In this document: positions 43,328 to 52,233 of the stretch, one piece after another
How the letters are laid out: every line of letters begins with the position of its first letter
Numbering within the stretch: position 1 is the first letter of the stretch
Assembly (NCBI GenBank): GCA_002840305.1
Contig: PHAI01000003.1
Span: 6,908 to 70,907, forward strand
DNA from: Candidatus Falkowbacteria bacterium HGW-Falkowbacteria-1
GTDB lineage: Bacteria; Patescibacteriota; Patescibacteriia; Patescibacteriales; UBA12465
Reading direction: 5' to 3'
Length of the DNA: 64,000 bases
Notes under the pieces: model-generated
What the model saw: only the letters and a program-made list of their open reading frames with translations
What the model was told of the DNA's origin: nothing
The model's database searches: none
Made by a program: the position numbers and the translations under genes

Positions 43328-44740
43328 CTATTTATTCTCTTTGTTGGGAAAAACTATTTTAATTGCTTCACTTAAATTTTTTACAAATACAAAATTCAAC
43401 TTTTTAAAATTTTCTTTTAGCCTGTTTTTCTCTAGCTGACTTAAAAAATCGCCCAACAAAACTTCCGAAAAGCCCATCTTTTCAGCCTCTCTAAGCCGCA
43501 TATCAAGATAGGAAACTGGCCTAAGCTCTCCTCCCAAACCAAGCTCGCCCAAAATAACCATTTTACCTAATATCTCTTTATTTAAAAAAGAAGAGGCTAT
43601 TGAAAGGCAAACCGCTAAATCCAAGGCTGGATCGCTAGCCCTAAATCCACCAACAATATTTAAAATAATATCTTGATTCATTAAATCCAGTTTTTGTTTT
43701 TTGGAAATAACAGCCGATAAAACTTGCAAACGATTTAAGTCAAAACCAGAAGATTTCCTTTGCGGATAGCCAAAAACGGTTTTACTAACCAAGGCCTGAA
43801 CATTTATTAAAAATGGTCTGTTCCCCTCTATAACACACGAAAAAGTTGAACCCGGAAAAAAATGAGACAAATCACTGTCCAAAAAAATAGAACTAGGATT
43901 TTTTACTTCTTCAAAACCGGAGCCGGTCATTTCCAAAACACCAATTTCATTAACACTACCAAAACGATTTTTAGCTGACCTAAGAATTGAATAAGCACCT
44001 CGTCCATCGTTTTCCAAATACAAAACCACATCGACTATATGTTCCAATGATTTTGGTCCAGCAATTTGACCATCTTTAGTAATATGACCAATCAAAAAAA
44101 CCGGAATATCATATTTTTTGGCCAATTCCATAAACTTAATAGCAATAGTTCTGATCTGGCTTATTCCACCTGCCTCACCAGGAATCAATGTTGAATATAT
44201 AGTTTGAATAGAGTCAACAATCAAAAAATCTGGCCTAGCTTTTACGGCCGTAGAGATTATTTTTTCCAAATTTGTCTCACCTATAAACTTAAATGATTTT
44301 AAGTCACACTTTAGCCTTTCCAGTCTTAGCTTAAGTTGCCCGGCAGACTCTTCTCCCGATATATACAAAACCTGAGAAAATTTTTTATTATTTTTAATAA
44401 TTTTATCGGCCACTTGTGCTAACAATGTTGATTTTCCGGCACCAGGTTCACCACTAAGCAAAATCAAAGAACCAGAAATCAACCCTCCTCCCAACACTCT
44501 ATCAATTTCAGAAATATTTGATTTAAAACGCTCGGCTTTAAAATTAGAAACATTCTCTAAATCAACAATATCTGCCGATATTACCCTCGACAAAATATCA
44601 CCTTCCGCCTTCTTTCTTAAATCTTGGATATCCTCATTTAACGTTCCCCACTGGCCACACTCTAAACAACGCCCACTCCATTTTGGAAATTGGGCGCCGC
44701 AATTTTTACACTCGTATATTGTTTTTATTTTATCAACCAT
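43328..44740 (-). CDS. radA: DNA repair protein RadA/Sms
   Basis: It has the zinc ribbon CKNCGAQFPKWSGRCLECGQWG, Walker A GEPGAGKST, the KNRFG motif and a Lon-like C-terminal domain. Confidence 0.95.
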   Translation of the reverse strand: MVDKIKTIYECKNCGAQFPKWSGRCLECGQWGTLNEDIQDLRKKAEGDILSRVISADIVDLENVSNFKAERFKSNISEIDRVLGGGLISGSLILLSGEPGAGKSTLLAQVADKIIKNNKKFSQVLYISGEESAGQLKLRLERLKCDLKSFKFIGETNLEKIISTAVKARPDFLIVDSIQTIYSTLIPGEAGGISQIRTIAIKFMELAKKYDIPVFLIGHITKDGQIAGPKSLEHIVDVVLYLENDGRGAYSILRSAKNRFGSVNEIGVLEMTGSGFEEVKNPSSIFLDSDLSHFFPGSTFSCVIEGNRPFLINVQALVSKTVFGYPQRKSSGFDLNRLQVLSAVISKKQKLDLMNQDIILNIVGGFRASDPALDLAVCLSIASSFLNKEILGKMVILGELGLGGELRPVSYLDMRLREAEKMGFSEVLLGDFLSQLEKNRLKENFKKLNFVFVKNLSEAIKIVFPNKENK

Positions 44741-44743
44741 AAA

Positions 44744-45598
44744 TTATTTTATACTATCAAGTTCGTTTTCAACAATTTGATCCAATTCTGATTCGCTCAT
44801 ACTACCTATAAAATCTTTATTATTTACATAAAGAAGAGGAACGCCGGATATTCCCAAGTTTTCAGCTTCTTTAACATTTTCAAAAATCAAATTATCAACA
44901 CTGCTTCCCTCCATACAATCCGAAAAACTCTTAAGATTTAAATTAGCTTTTTCTGCCAAATTTAAAAACAACTCATTTTTTAAGCTTTTAAAACTATCCC
45001 TCTCTTTATAGAGAGAGTCACTGTAATCCCAAAAACTACCTTGATGTTGAGCACAACGAGCAGCTCTGGCTGCCTGATAAGAAAAATCATCAAAATTTGT
45101 CAAATCAGGGTAGTCCTTCCAAACAACAACTATCTCATCTTTATACTTTTCATAAATATTTTTAATAATTTTTTCTTGCTCAAAACAGAAAGAACAATCA
45201 AAATCAGAGAAATAAAATAACTTTAACTTCTTAGATGATTTCTCTCCTAAAAAAGGATCGTTATTATTATCGACAGGGTTACTTTGAGAAACCTCCTTTA
45301 CTCCTTTGGAATCAACAAATGGGTCATTTGTCGGACTAATCTTTTCAACTGCTTCCGATCGAAGAAGACTAAGCTCAACCATGTCCTTAGCCGAAAACAA
45401 AGAATTTTTAAAATAGGCTATAGAAAAAATCAAAACCAAAAACATCAAAGAAGAAACCAAAACAAAGACAACTCCAAAATAATCTTTTTTTAATCTTGGA
45501 CTACTTTTTTTAATTTTAATTTCTTTATTTTCTTGTTCGTTACGACTTTTACGTTGACGAGGACTACTTGTTTTTTTACTCTTTATACTTTTATTCAT
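44744..45598 (-). CDS. Membrane-anchored DsbA-family thiol:disulfide oxidoreductase
   Basis: One TM helix precedes a thioredoxin fold with the CSFC active site (FSDFDCSFCFEQE). The C-terminal region GISGVPLLYVN contains the cis-Pro. Confidence 0.8.
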   Translation of the reverse strand: MNKSIKSKKTSSPRQRKSRNEQENKEIKIKKSSPRLKKDYFGVVFVLVSSLMFLVLIFSIAYFKNSLFSAKDMVELSLLRSEAVEKISPTNDPFVDSKGVKEVSQSNPVDNNNDPFLGEKSSKKLKLFYFSDFDCSFCFEQEKIIKNIYEKYKDEIVVVWKDYPDLTNFDDFSYQAARAARCAQHQGSFWDYSDSLYKERDSFKSLKNELFLNLAEKANLNLKSFSDCMEGSSVDNLIFENVKEAENLGISGVPLLYVNNKDFIGSMSESELDQIVENELDSIK

Positions 45599-45618
45599 AA
45601 AATTATATTAAATTAATA

Positions 45619-46239
45619 TTATTTCCAAACAGCGCTATCAACTAACCACTCCCCGCCTTCATCAATATAAGTAATCAAAATATCTTGATTAAAAGTCGTT
45701 TCCTCTCCACTGCCCTTATTTTCAAATCTCTGTAGAGATACTAAAACATCAACAGATCCGCTTTCTGGGGAAAAATTTTCAATTTGAGCGCCAACAAAAG
45801 CCTTTGAAGTTATGCCGTAATAGCTACCAGAATAATCTGAATTGTTTTTTAAATCTCTTACGTAAGAATCAGCCCAGGATTTCATTTCTTTGGTCATTGA
45901 GCTCGTTAAATCGGAAACATTTTCATAATTACTTTGGTTGGAATAAGACCCAAATCTTTCAGCAAATGAAGTTGCCATTTTTTTAAAATCATCTTCGTCC
46001 CAAACTCTAGAGCTCTCTAGCTTTTCGTCAAAAGTATAAATAATTTTATTTTTTTGACTTTCAACCATTTCATTAAATTCCTCCTCTGGAGTCTTGGTAG
46101 TCTCCTTAACCGACGGTCCTTTTGTAAAAGGCAATCTCTTGTTTTTAGAAAAAAACAAAAAATAAACCACTAAGGCCAACAACACTATAAAAAGAAAAAT
46201 TAGAATTTTTTTTATTTTTTTACCATCTTGATCTTTCAT
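45619..46239 (-). CDS. Bitopic membrane protein in the T4SS-like operon (position and topology compatible with a VirB8/PrgL-type component)
   Basis: A single N-terminal TM helix precedes a ~170-aa extracytoplasmic domain. The gene lies directly downstream of the VirB4-like gene. The assignment rests on context only. Confidence 0.45.
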   Translation of the reverse strand: MKDQDGKKIKKILIFLFIVLLALVVYFLFFSKNKRLPFTKGPSVKETTKTPEEEFNEMVESQKNKIIYTFDEKLESSRVWDEDDFKKMATSFAERFGSYSNQSNYENVSDLTSSMTKEMKSWADSYVRDLKNNSDYSGSYYGITSKAFVGAQIENFSPESGSVDVLVSLQRFENKGSGEETTFNQDILITYIDEGGEWLVDSAVWK

Positions 46240-46263
46240 ATTTTTTATATAAATTTTAAAATT

Positions 46264-48159
46264 TTATTTTTGTTCTTGTTGACTACGAGCGAACTCTTTT
46301 TTAGCCTCTTCTTGCTCCAATAACTGTCTAGGATCTGATGTTATTAGCTGATCTTCACTGTATGAAGCCACCACCTTAATAGCTACGTGCTTATTACCGG
46401 CGAAAAATATCCCCTCTCCAACTCCACATTCTAAAAGCAAAAATTTTTCTCCTTCAGTCAACATAAAAGTTTTTTGAACCAAATCAATAGCGGCCGGGGA
46501 TTGCTTCAACAAAATCTGCAAAGAAGAGTTAGTAACAATAGCCTTTCCATAAGGTGATGTTAAAAAATCATTTACATCCTGCGTAATCGTGGTTACTCCT
46601 AAATAATACTTACGACATCTCTTAACTAGGGCAAATATAAATTTAGCACTATCTTCATTTTGCATCATCCACCAAGCCTCATCAATAATTAAAACCCTTC
46701 TCTTGGTCTCGCTCCTAACAACGTTCCAAATATAATTAATAATGGTATAAATAGCCATTGGACGAAGTTCATCTTCCAAATCTCTAACCGAAAAACAAAC
46801 TAATTGATTGTTCATTTCAACGTTAGTCGGATTATTCAAAATTCCAGAGAAAGTACCTTCGGTATATTTTTTTAATCTTTGCCCAATATCTGAACCACCT
46901 TCCATTCCGTCTAGAACTTGTTGGAAATCAGACAGAGTCGGAGGATCTATTTGGGACAAATCAGAATCAGGAGTAATATCTTTTTTAGCATAAGTTTCAA
47001 GGAGTGCCCTGTCAACTATAGAATCCTCATCATAATTCAAAGCACCAACCATTAAACGCACCAATCCCTTCAAAGTTATAACAGCACTTCTAATAATATC
47101 CTTCGGCTTTACTTCGCCACCTATTCCTCTTGGTAAATCAAACGGATTTATTTTATTTTCACTGGATAAAGAAATATTAATGTAAGTTCCACCAACGGCA
47201 TCAGACAAATGTTTATATTCGTATTCAGGATCAATAACTATAACATCAGAACCCATCATCAAGGATCTTAAAACTTCTAATTTTATACAATAACTTTTTC
47301 CAGCTCCAGAGGTAGCAAACACCACGGAATTAGCATTTTGCAAACTAAATCTATCAAACAAAATTAAACTGTTATTGTGCCTATTTATTCCATACAAAAC
47401 CCCTCTGTCACTGGTTAGTTCACTGGATATAAACGGGAAAGAAGAGGCTATAGGAGACGAATTCATATTAAAAGTAATATAAAGATCGTCGTTACCCAAT
47501 GGCAAACAAGAATTAAAAGCTTGTTCTGCTTGATAAAATGCTCTCTTGGAATAAACAAGACGAGAACCAAAAACATCCTCTACTTGATCGGACAACCTAT
47601 CTAACTCTTCCAAATTATCAGCATGAATAGTAATATACAAAGCAAATTGAAAAAATTTTTCAGTCCCCTGAGTAAGAGAATCTCTTAAGAATTCAATATC
47701 GCGAAGAGCGGTTTCTCTAAGTGGGTCTCTGGGAGCACCTTTTTCAGAATCTGACATAATTTGAGCCTCCAAATTTCCAACCCTGCTCTTTAATTGTTTC
47801 AAAATAATTGCACTTTTCACTGGGTAAAAAAACATTGAGACATCAAAACACTCGTTTAAATTTATAATCGGGGCAAACCAACCAACGCTTATATATCTAG
47901 GGTAAGTTATAACAAAAATAGTTCTCAAAAACTTTTGACCCAAAACCAAATAAGTAGGATTAACTTTAAAGCTGGCAGGAGAAATTAAATCTCTAACCGA
48001 AAGCATACCCCTTAATAGAGTTTTTTCCTCTTCTATAAGCTCCCTGGTTATATTGATGTCTTCTTCTTTAACACCAACCCTTTGAAGCTCTTCTTCAATG
48101 ATTCCTTTCTTCTTCTTTTTTGAATCAAGTTCTAGTCTTTGGCTTTTTAAATCTATCAT
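46264..48159 (-). CDS. virB4: VirB4/TraE-family type IV secretion ATPase
   Basis: Walker A is ATSGAGKSY and Walker B is VLIIDEAWWMM. The N-terminal region YPRYISVGWFAPIINL...FDVSMFFYPV is typical of Gram-positive-type VirB4. Confidence 0.88.
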   Translation of the reverse strand: MIDLKSQRLELDSKKKKKGIIEEELQRVGVKEEDINITRELIEEEKTLLRGMLSVRDLISPASFKVNPTYLVLGQKFLRTIFVITYPRYISVGWFAPIINLNECFDVSMFFYPVKSAIILKQLKSRVGNLEAQIMSDSEKGAPRDPLRETALRDIEFLRDSLTQGTEKFFQFALYITIHADNLEELDRLSDQVEDVFGSRLVYSKRAFYQAEQAFNSCLPLGNDDLYITFNMNSSPIASSFPFISSELTSDRGVLYGINRHNNSLILFDRFSLQNANSVVFATSGAGKSYCIKLEVLRSLMMGSDVIVIDPEYEYKHLSDAVGGTYINISLSSENKINPFDLPRGIGGEVKPKDIIRSAVITLKGLVRLMVGALNYDEDSIVDRALLETYAKKDITPDSDLSQIDPPTLSDFQQVLDGMEGGSDIGQRLKKYTEGTFSGILNNPTNVEMNNQLVCFSVRDLEDELRPMAIYTIINYIWNVVRSETKRRVLIIDEAWWMMQNEDSAKFIFALVKRCRKYYLGVTTITQDVNDFLTSPYGKAIVTNSSLQILLKQSPAAIDLVQKTFMLTEGEKFLLLECGVGEGIFFAGNKHVAIKVVASYSEDQLITSDPRQLLEQEEAKKEFARSQQEQK

Positions 48160-48176
48160 ATTTGAAAAAAATTATT

Positions 48177-48851
48177 TTACAATTCTACCTGCAATTTTCT
48201 AACATCTGCGAGCAACTGATTTTGGGCCGTCTCTGGATTATATGAATTATAGTAAAGCTCTATCAACTCTTGCGTGTTTAATTGTTTGACGTCAACACCC
48301 AAAGAAAGTAAGGCCGAGCTTATACTGTCAACTCTTCTAGACAAGGATTCCTTGTATTTTAAAAACTTAGTTTCTTTTAACTTAAAAATTGTCGCTGGTT
48401 TAAATGCCTCCGCCAACAAAGAGAAAAAACCTTTTCTTTTGTCAGAAAATGGGCTAAATGAAACAACAACAAAAAACTTTTTATTCATGATTTTTCCGAT
48501 AGAAACTAGTTCTTTTATATATTCAATATATTCAGCTGTCTGAATCTTCAATAATCTATTGGTCTGTTCTCTTTCTTTTATTTTTAAATGATCTAAATAA
48601 TTTTGAATATTCAAATCTCTAGACTGAACAACTATTTGAATAGGGGTATTTATGTTGTTTAAAAAACTTATATAAGATGAAATTATAGCGTTTTGTTCAT
48701 CTTCACTTTTTAAGGCAAAATTAATACTAGAGACTGACAAAACAGCCCTAAGTGTTCCATCTCTCATAACAACCGTATCATATTTTATCTCTGAGATGTC
48801 TAGATATTGTTGTGTTGATGGCGCCTGGTTTTTACCTTTCTTTTCGGCCAT
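48177..48851 (-). CDS. Hypothetical protein of the T4SS-like operon
   Basis: The ORF sits between the PrgI-like and VirB4-like genes. Only a weak resemblance to the non-ATPase N-terminal regions of VirB4-type proteins was noted. Confidence 0.5.
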   Translation of the reverse strand: MAEKKGKNQAPSTQQYLDISEIKYDTVVMRDGTLRAVLSVSSINFALKSEDEQNAIISSYISFLNNINTPIQIVVQSRDLNIQNYLDHLKIKEREQTNRLLKIQTAEYIEYIKELVSIGKIMNKKFFVVVSFSPFSDKRKGFFSLLAEAFKPATIFKLKETKFLKYKESLSRRVDSISSALLSLGVDVKQLNTQELIELYYNSYNPETAQNQLLADVRKLQVEL

Positions 48852-48951
48852 AATTTATATAAAATTTAATAATATTTAATTTGATAGATTCATGCATCCG
48901 CCCTAATTAATCAAAATATAGTCAGATAAACCGAAATAACAAGGGAAAAAA

Positions 48952-49404
48952 CTAAAAGTCTACTTCATCCGATACGAGCTTATCGCTATCTTCGCCTTTA
49001 TACCTTCCCTTAGTATCAACCACTAAGGACAACTTGGACAATTTAGCTTGATTTAAGTATTTCTCTTGGGTTACTATATTTTCATATTTAAACTCCTTTT
49101 CTTCTTTGTTTTCAACGCCAGAGTCTTTATGATTCCAAACTCTAAGCCCCGGTTTCTTAAAAGTCTGCACTAAATTTAAAATAAAATAATGAAAGGGCCT
49201 CCCGTTAATCTTTAAAAAGGCGAATGTTCCAGAAACTGCAAAAATAAAAACACTAACTAAAACAAAACCAGTAAAATCAAGAGTCTTAAAAGCAAGAAAC
49301 ATGAAAAGAGCCGCTCCCAAAAAAATAAGAAACTGTCTAGCGGTAATAGGCCCGATAATTTTGGGCTCAACATCTATGAATTGTGGGACGGTAAATTGTT
49401 GCAT
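48952..49404 (-). CDS. PrgI-family (VirB3-like) small membrane protein
   Basis: MQQFTVPQFIDVEPKIIGPITARQFLIFLGAALFMFLAF is followed by a second TM helix. This is the pattern recalled for PrgI-family proteins next to VirB4. Confidence 0.65.
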   Translation of the reverse strand: MQQFTVPQFIDVEPKIIGPITARQFLIFLGAALFMFLAFKTLDFTGFVLVSVFIFAVSGTFAFLKINGRPFHYFILNLVQTFKKPGLRVWNHKDSGVENKEEKEFKYENIVTQEKYLNQAKLSKLSLVVDTKGRYKGEDSDKLVSDEVDF

Positions 49405-49409
49405 AAAAA

Positions 49410-50996
49410 CTAAAATCTTAAAGTCTTGTTGAACTCAAGTATAGCATCTAACTCTTCTTTGCTCAAATAATCTTTGCCATAACTTTTGAGCTCTGAGATT
49501 ATTTGGTCTACTCCAACACCCCTGTCTCCAGCATTTAAAAATATTTTTAAATAAAGCTTGTGGATTGAACTTTGACGCCAAGCTTTTATTCCTTCTAACA
49601 TCTTACCATAATCAAGACCCTCTAATGTTTTAATCTTTTCTCCAATCTTCGCCAAAGCCTCCTTGGGTTCCTTCGCCAAACGTCTAAAGTTGACTAAATC
49701 CAAATAACGGATTTCATCAATTGGCCCCATTATCTTCATTTTTTTGACATCTGACATTTTTATTTTACCGGTAGCAGAGTCTATATCAGCTATCTTTTTT
49801 GGTATATTCAAGGGTATAAACACGCCTTCTGCTTTTTTATTTTTTTCATCAACTACAATTTTGTCATTCACTATTTCTTTAGCAACGACAGGAACAACGG
49901 GAACGACAGGAACAGCGGGAACTTCAGCAATAATAGGTGGTTTCGTAATCACGGGAGCTTCAACCGCCGGTATCTCTTTTATTTCTTCTTGCTTTAAATC
50001 TTTTTCTACAGCGGGTTCGCTTTTTGGCATATTGGAAACAAGAACTTCTTTTTTATTCGAAATTACGGCCGGATGTAACGGAGGCAAAATATTTTCGGGC
50101 TCAGAAGCCTCTATCATCTTTAATTCGTTTTTGCCATAAGAGACTCCATGGCTCAATCTATTTATTTTGTCTAAAACATCTCTGTCTACGCTTGAACTGC
50201 TTTTCACTTCTTCATATTCCTCTTTTTGCAAAGAAGCGGCTATCATAAAAACATTGCTAATCATCTGATCGGCCAAAGAGAATCCGCCCATCTCTTTTGA
50301 TTTGGAAAAAATTTTTCTTATTTCTATTTTATCTTTAAGTCCTCTTAGATATTTTATAAGCAAATCTAAAAATTGTTTGCTTTTATCATCTTCGTTAAAC
50401 TTTAAATTTAAAATTTTTATTATTTCATTAGCTTGATTTTTTACCTTGTCTACATGATCATCCTTTAAATAGTTGCCCAAGATTTCCTGCTCTTTTATAT
50501 AAGGTTCACTGTTTAAATTGTCCACGTCCTCTCTAATCTCTCCTGCTTTGTCATCTCGACCAAGCAAGCCATGCTTCTCCTCCTTGTCATCTCGACCAAG
50601 CAAGCCATGCTTCTCCTCCTTGTCATCTCGACCAAGCAAGCCATGCTTCTCCTCCTTGTCATCTCGACCAAGCAAGCTCTGCTTGCGAGTGGAGAGATCT
50701 ATTTCACTTTTATCGATTTTAAAACCTAAATAATCAGCTATTTTAGAAAAAATTTTGTTTTTTAAATCTTTAGCTAATTGTTCTGACTTTTCTTGATTTA
50801 AATTTAATTCAGTAAAAAATATTAAGGGCAAACTTTCAATATTTATTTCTTTTATAACCACTCTCATAACAATAGAGGCTAGCTCAACGTTATATTCTTG
50901 TTCTATTTTTTCTATAGCCTTAACGGCTTCATCGCTGTCAACAGCCATCTTTATGTCGTCACTTAAGTTATTAAATTTATCCAAGTAATCAAACAT
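49410..50996 (-). CDS. Hypothetical protein of the T4SS-like operon containing an in-frame (LLGRDDKEEKHG)x3.5 repeat and a PV-rich linker
   Basis: This is a clean 528-aa ORF. The repeat is encoded by the 36-bp tandem copies of the interspersed repeat family. Confidence 0.55.
   Translation of the reverse strand: MFDYLDKFNNLSDDIKMAVDSDEAVKAIEKIEQEYNVELASIVMRVVIKEINIESLPLIFFTELNLNQEKSEQLAKDLKNKIFSKIADYLGFKIDKSEIDLSTRKQSLLGRDDKEEKHGLLGRDDKEEKHGLLGRDDKEEKHGLLGRDDKAGEIREDVDNLNSEPYIKEQEILGNYLKDDHVDKVKNQANEIIKILNLKFNEDDKSKQFLDLLIKYLRGLKDKIEIRKIFSKSKEMGGFSLADQMISNVFMIAASLQKEEYEEVKSSSSVDRDVLDKINRLSHGVSYGKNELKMIEASEPENILPPLHPAVISNKKEVLVSNMPKSEPAVEKDLKQEEIKEIPAVEAPVITKPPIIAEVPAVPVVPVVPVVAKEIVNDKIVVDEKNKKAEGVFIPLNIPKKIADIDSATGKIKMSDVKKMKIMGPIDEIRYLDLVNFRRLAKEPKEALAKIGEKIKTLEGLDYGKMLEGIKAWRQSSIHKLYLKIFLNAGDRGVGVDQIISELKSYGKDYLSKEELDAILEFNKTLRF
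50546..50707. repeat. Three 36-bp tandem units plus one full unit of the TTTGTCAT-head repeat family, located inside a CDS and in frame
   Basis: The units cttgtcatctcgaccaagcaagccatgcttctcctc lie at 50546, 50582 and 50618. The terminal unit ...caagctctgcttgcgagtggagagatctatttcac spans 50654-50707. On the minus strand they translate as EIDLSTRKQSLLGRDDK(EEKHGLLGRDDK)n. Confidence 0.9.
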
Positions 50997-51011
50997 AATA
51001 TAGTAATTATT

Positions 51012-52193
51012 TTATTTTGTTTTTTTAAGTTTTTTAATTTCGTTTTCGATGGCTTTTCTCTCTAAGTTTTTACCAGAATATTTACCAAGCATTAATTCTA
51101 ATTCTTTTATTTTTTCAATATCTGTCGTATTATTTTCAAACTTTTTTGTCTGTTCTGTTTTTATATTTTCATATGAAATTTTTAAACTACCGCCAACTAA
51201 CGATTCGCTTGGCCTTATCTCCTTCTCCTTGTCTTTTTGCTTTAAGGCTTCTTGGGAAAAAGAGGCCTTTCTAAGCTTCGCCATGCTATCATCTGAATAA
51301 ACGCTATCTTTATCTACAGGAATAATTTCCCATTCTTCCATCGGAATATTTTTCATTGAATCTGGGAAAAAAATCAAGTTTCTATAAAGTCTTAAGGTTT
51401 TTCTGACTAATTTTCTCTCGTCATTATCAATACTCAAACAATTAATTGAACTGGTTAAATATTTGGCCAAAATTATATTATTAAAAAGATCACTACCGTT
51501 TTCTTTTACAAAACTTTTTACCCAATTAGCAATAGTTGGGTCTTCTTTTTTACCTTCTATAATCAATAAATTTTTCGTTAATTTTTCTTGATTTATCAAA
51601 AAAGCTCTGGTAAATTTACTCAAAGAATCACTTTTATTTATAAGTAAATAGAGTAGAGATCCGTTTACTTTCTGAGAAGCCGAAGGATCATTGTTTTCTA
51701 AAATTTCTACCAAATTTTTCTCCAAAAAATAGGCAGACATTCTTTCTTCTTCATTTTCATCAAAATCATTTTCAAATCCTTCTAAAAAATCACCAAGATT
51801 ATCAAAATTTTCATCATCAATCAGGTCGTTAAAATCATCAATATACTTTTTGTAAACATCTACCTGCCCTTTGTATTTCTTTATTTCTTCTTCTACCTTA
51901 AAATCTATAAATGGACCAACAGGTAAAAATAATTTTCCCAAGAAATCGCAAACAAAATTGTTTGAATCGTTTTTATTAATAATTTTGTCAGAAATATTCT
52001 TGTATAATTTTTCGATCTGGAAATCAAAAATAAAAAAATCAATTAAAATATCATGGACTAAATCTAACTCAAGATTATATTTATCCGCTAACTCTTCTAT
52101 AATTTTAGAATTTATATCTGAAGAAAAATAAATATTTACCTCTTCTGGTAAGGATTTTAGTTTCTGCAAAAATTGTAAACTTTTATTTTCCAT
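51012..52193 (-). CDS. Hypothetical protein of the T4SS-like operon
   Basis: This is a clean 393-aa ORF. Its N-terminal ~70 aa weakly resemble the N-terminus of the 528-aa neighbour (L-[SP]-[DE]-[DE]...SD...YN[LV]EL). Confidence 0.55.
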   Translation of the reverse strand: MENKSLQFLQKLKSLPEEVNIYFSSDINSKIIEELADKYNLELDLVHDILIDFFIFDFQIEKLYKNISDKIINKNDSNNFVCDFLGKLFLPVGPFIDFKVEEEIKKYKGQVDVYKKYIDDFNDLIDDENFDNLGDFLEGFENDFDENEEERMSAYFLEKNLVEILENNDPSASQKVNGSLLYLLINKSDSLSKFTRAFLINQEKLTKNLLIIEGKKEDPTIANWVKSFVKENGSDLFNNIILAKYLTSSINCLSIDNDERKLVRKTLRLYRNLIFFPDSMKNIPMEEWEIIPVDKDSVYSDDSMAKLRKASFSQEALKQKDKEKEIRPSESLVGGSLKISYENIKTEQTKKFENNTTDIEKIKELELMLGKYSGKNLERKAIENEIKKLKKTK

Positions 52194-52233
52194 ATTTATT
52201 AAAAATATAATCTTTTATCACAAACAATCAAAA

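Noticed and set aside
46264-48851. virB4 split by a frameshift into the 224-aa and 631-aa ORFs (a pseudogene).
   Set aside because: The 631-aa ORF already contains its own VirB4-type N-terminal region plus the ATPase domain. The two ORFs are separated by a 17-nt gap with a proper start, so they are treated as separate genes. The weak similarity remains unverified.
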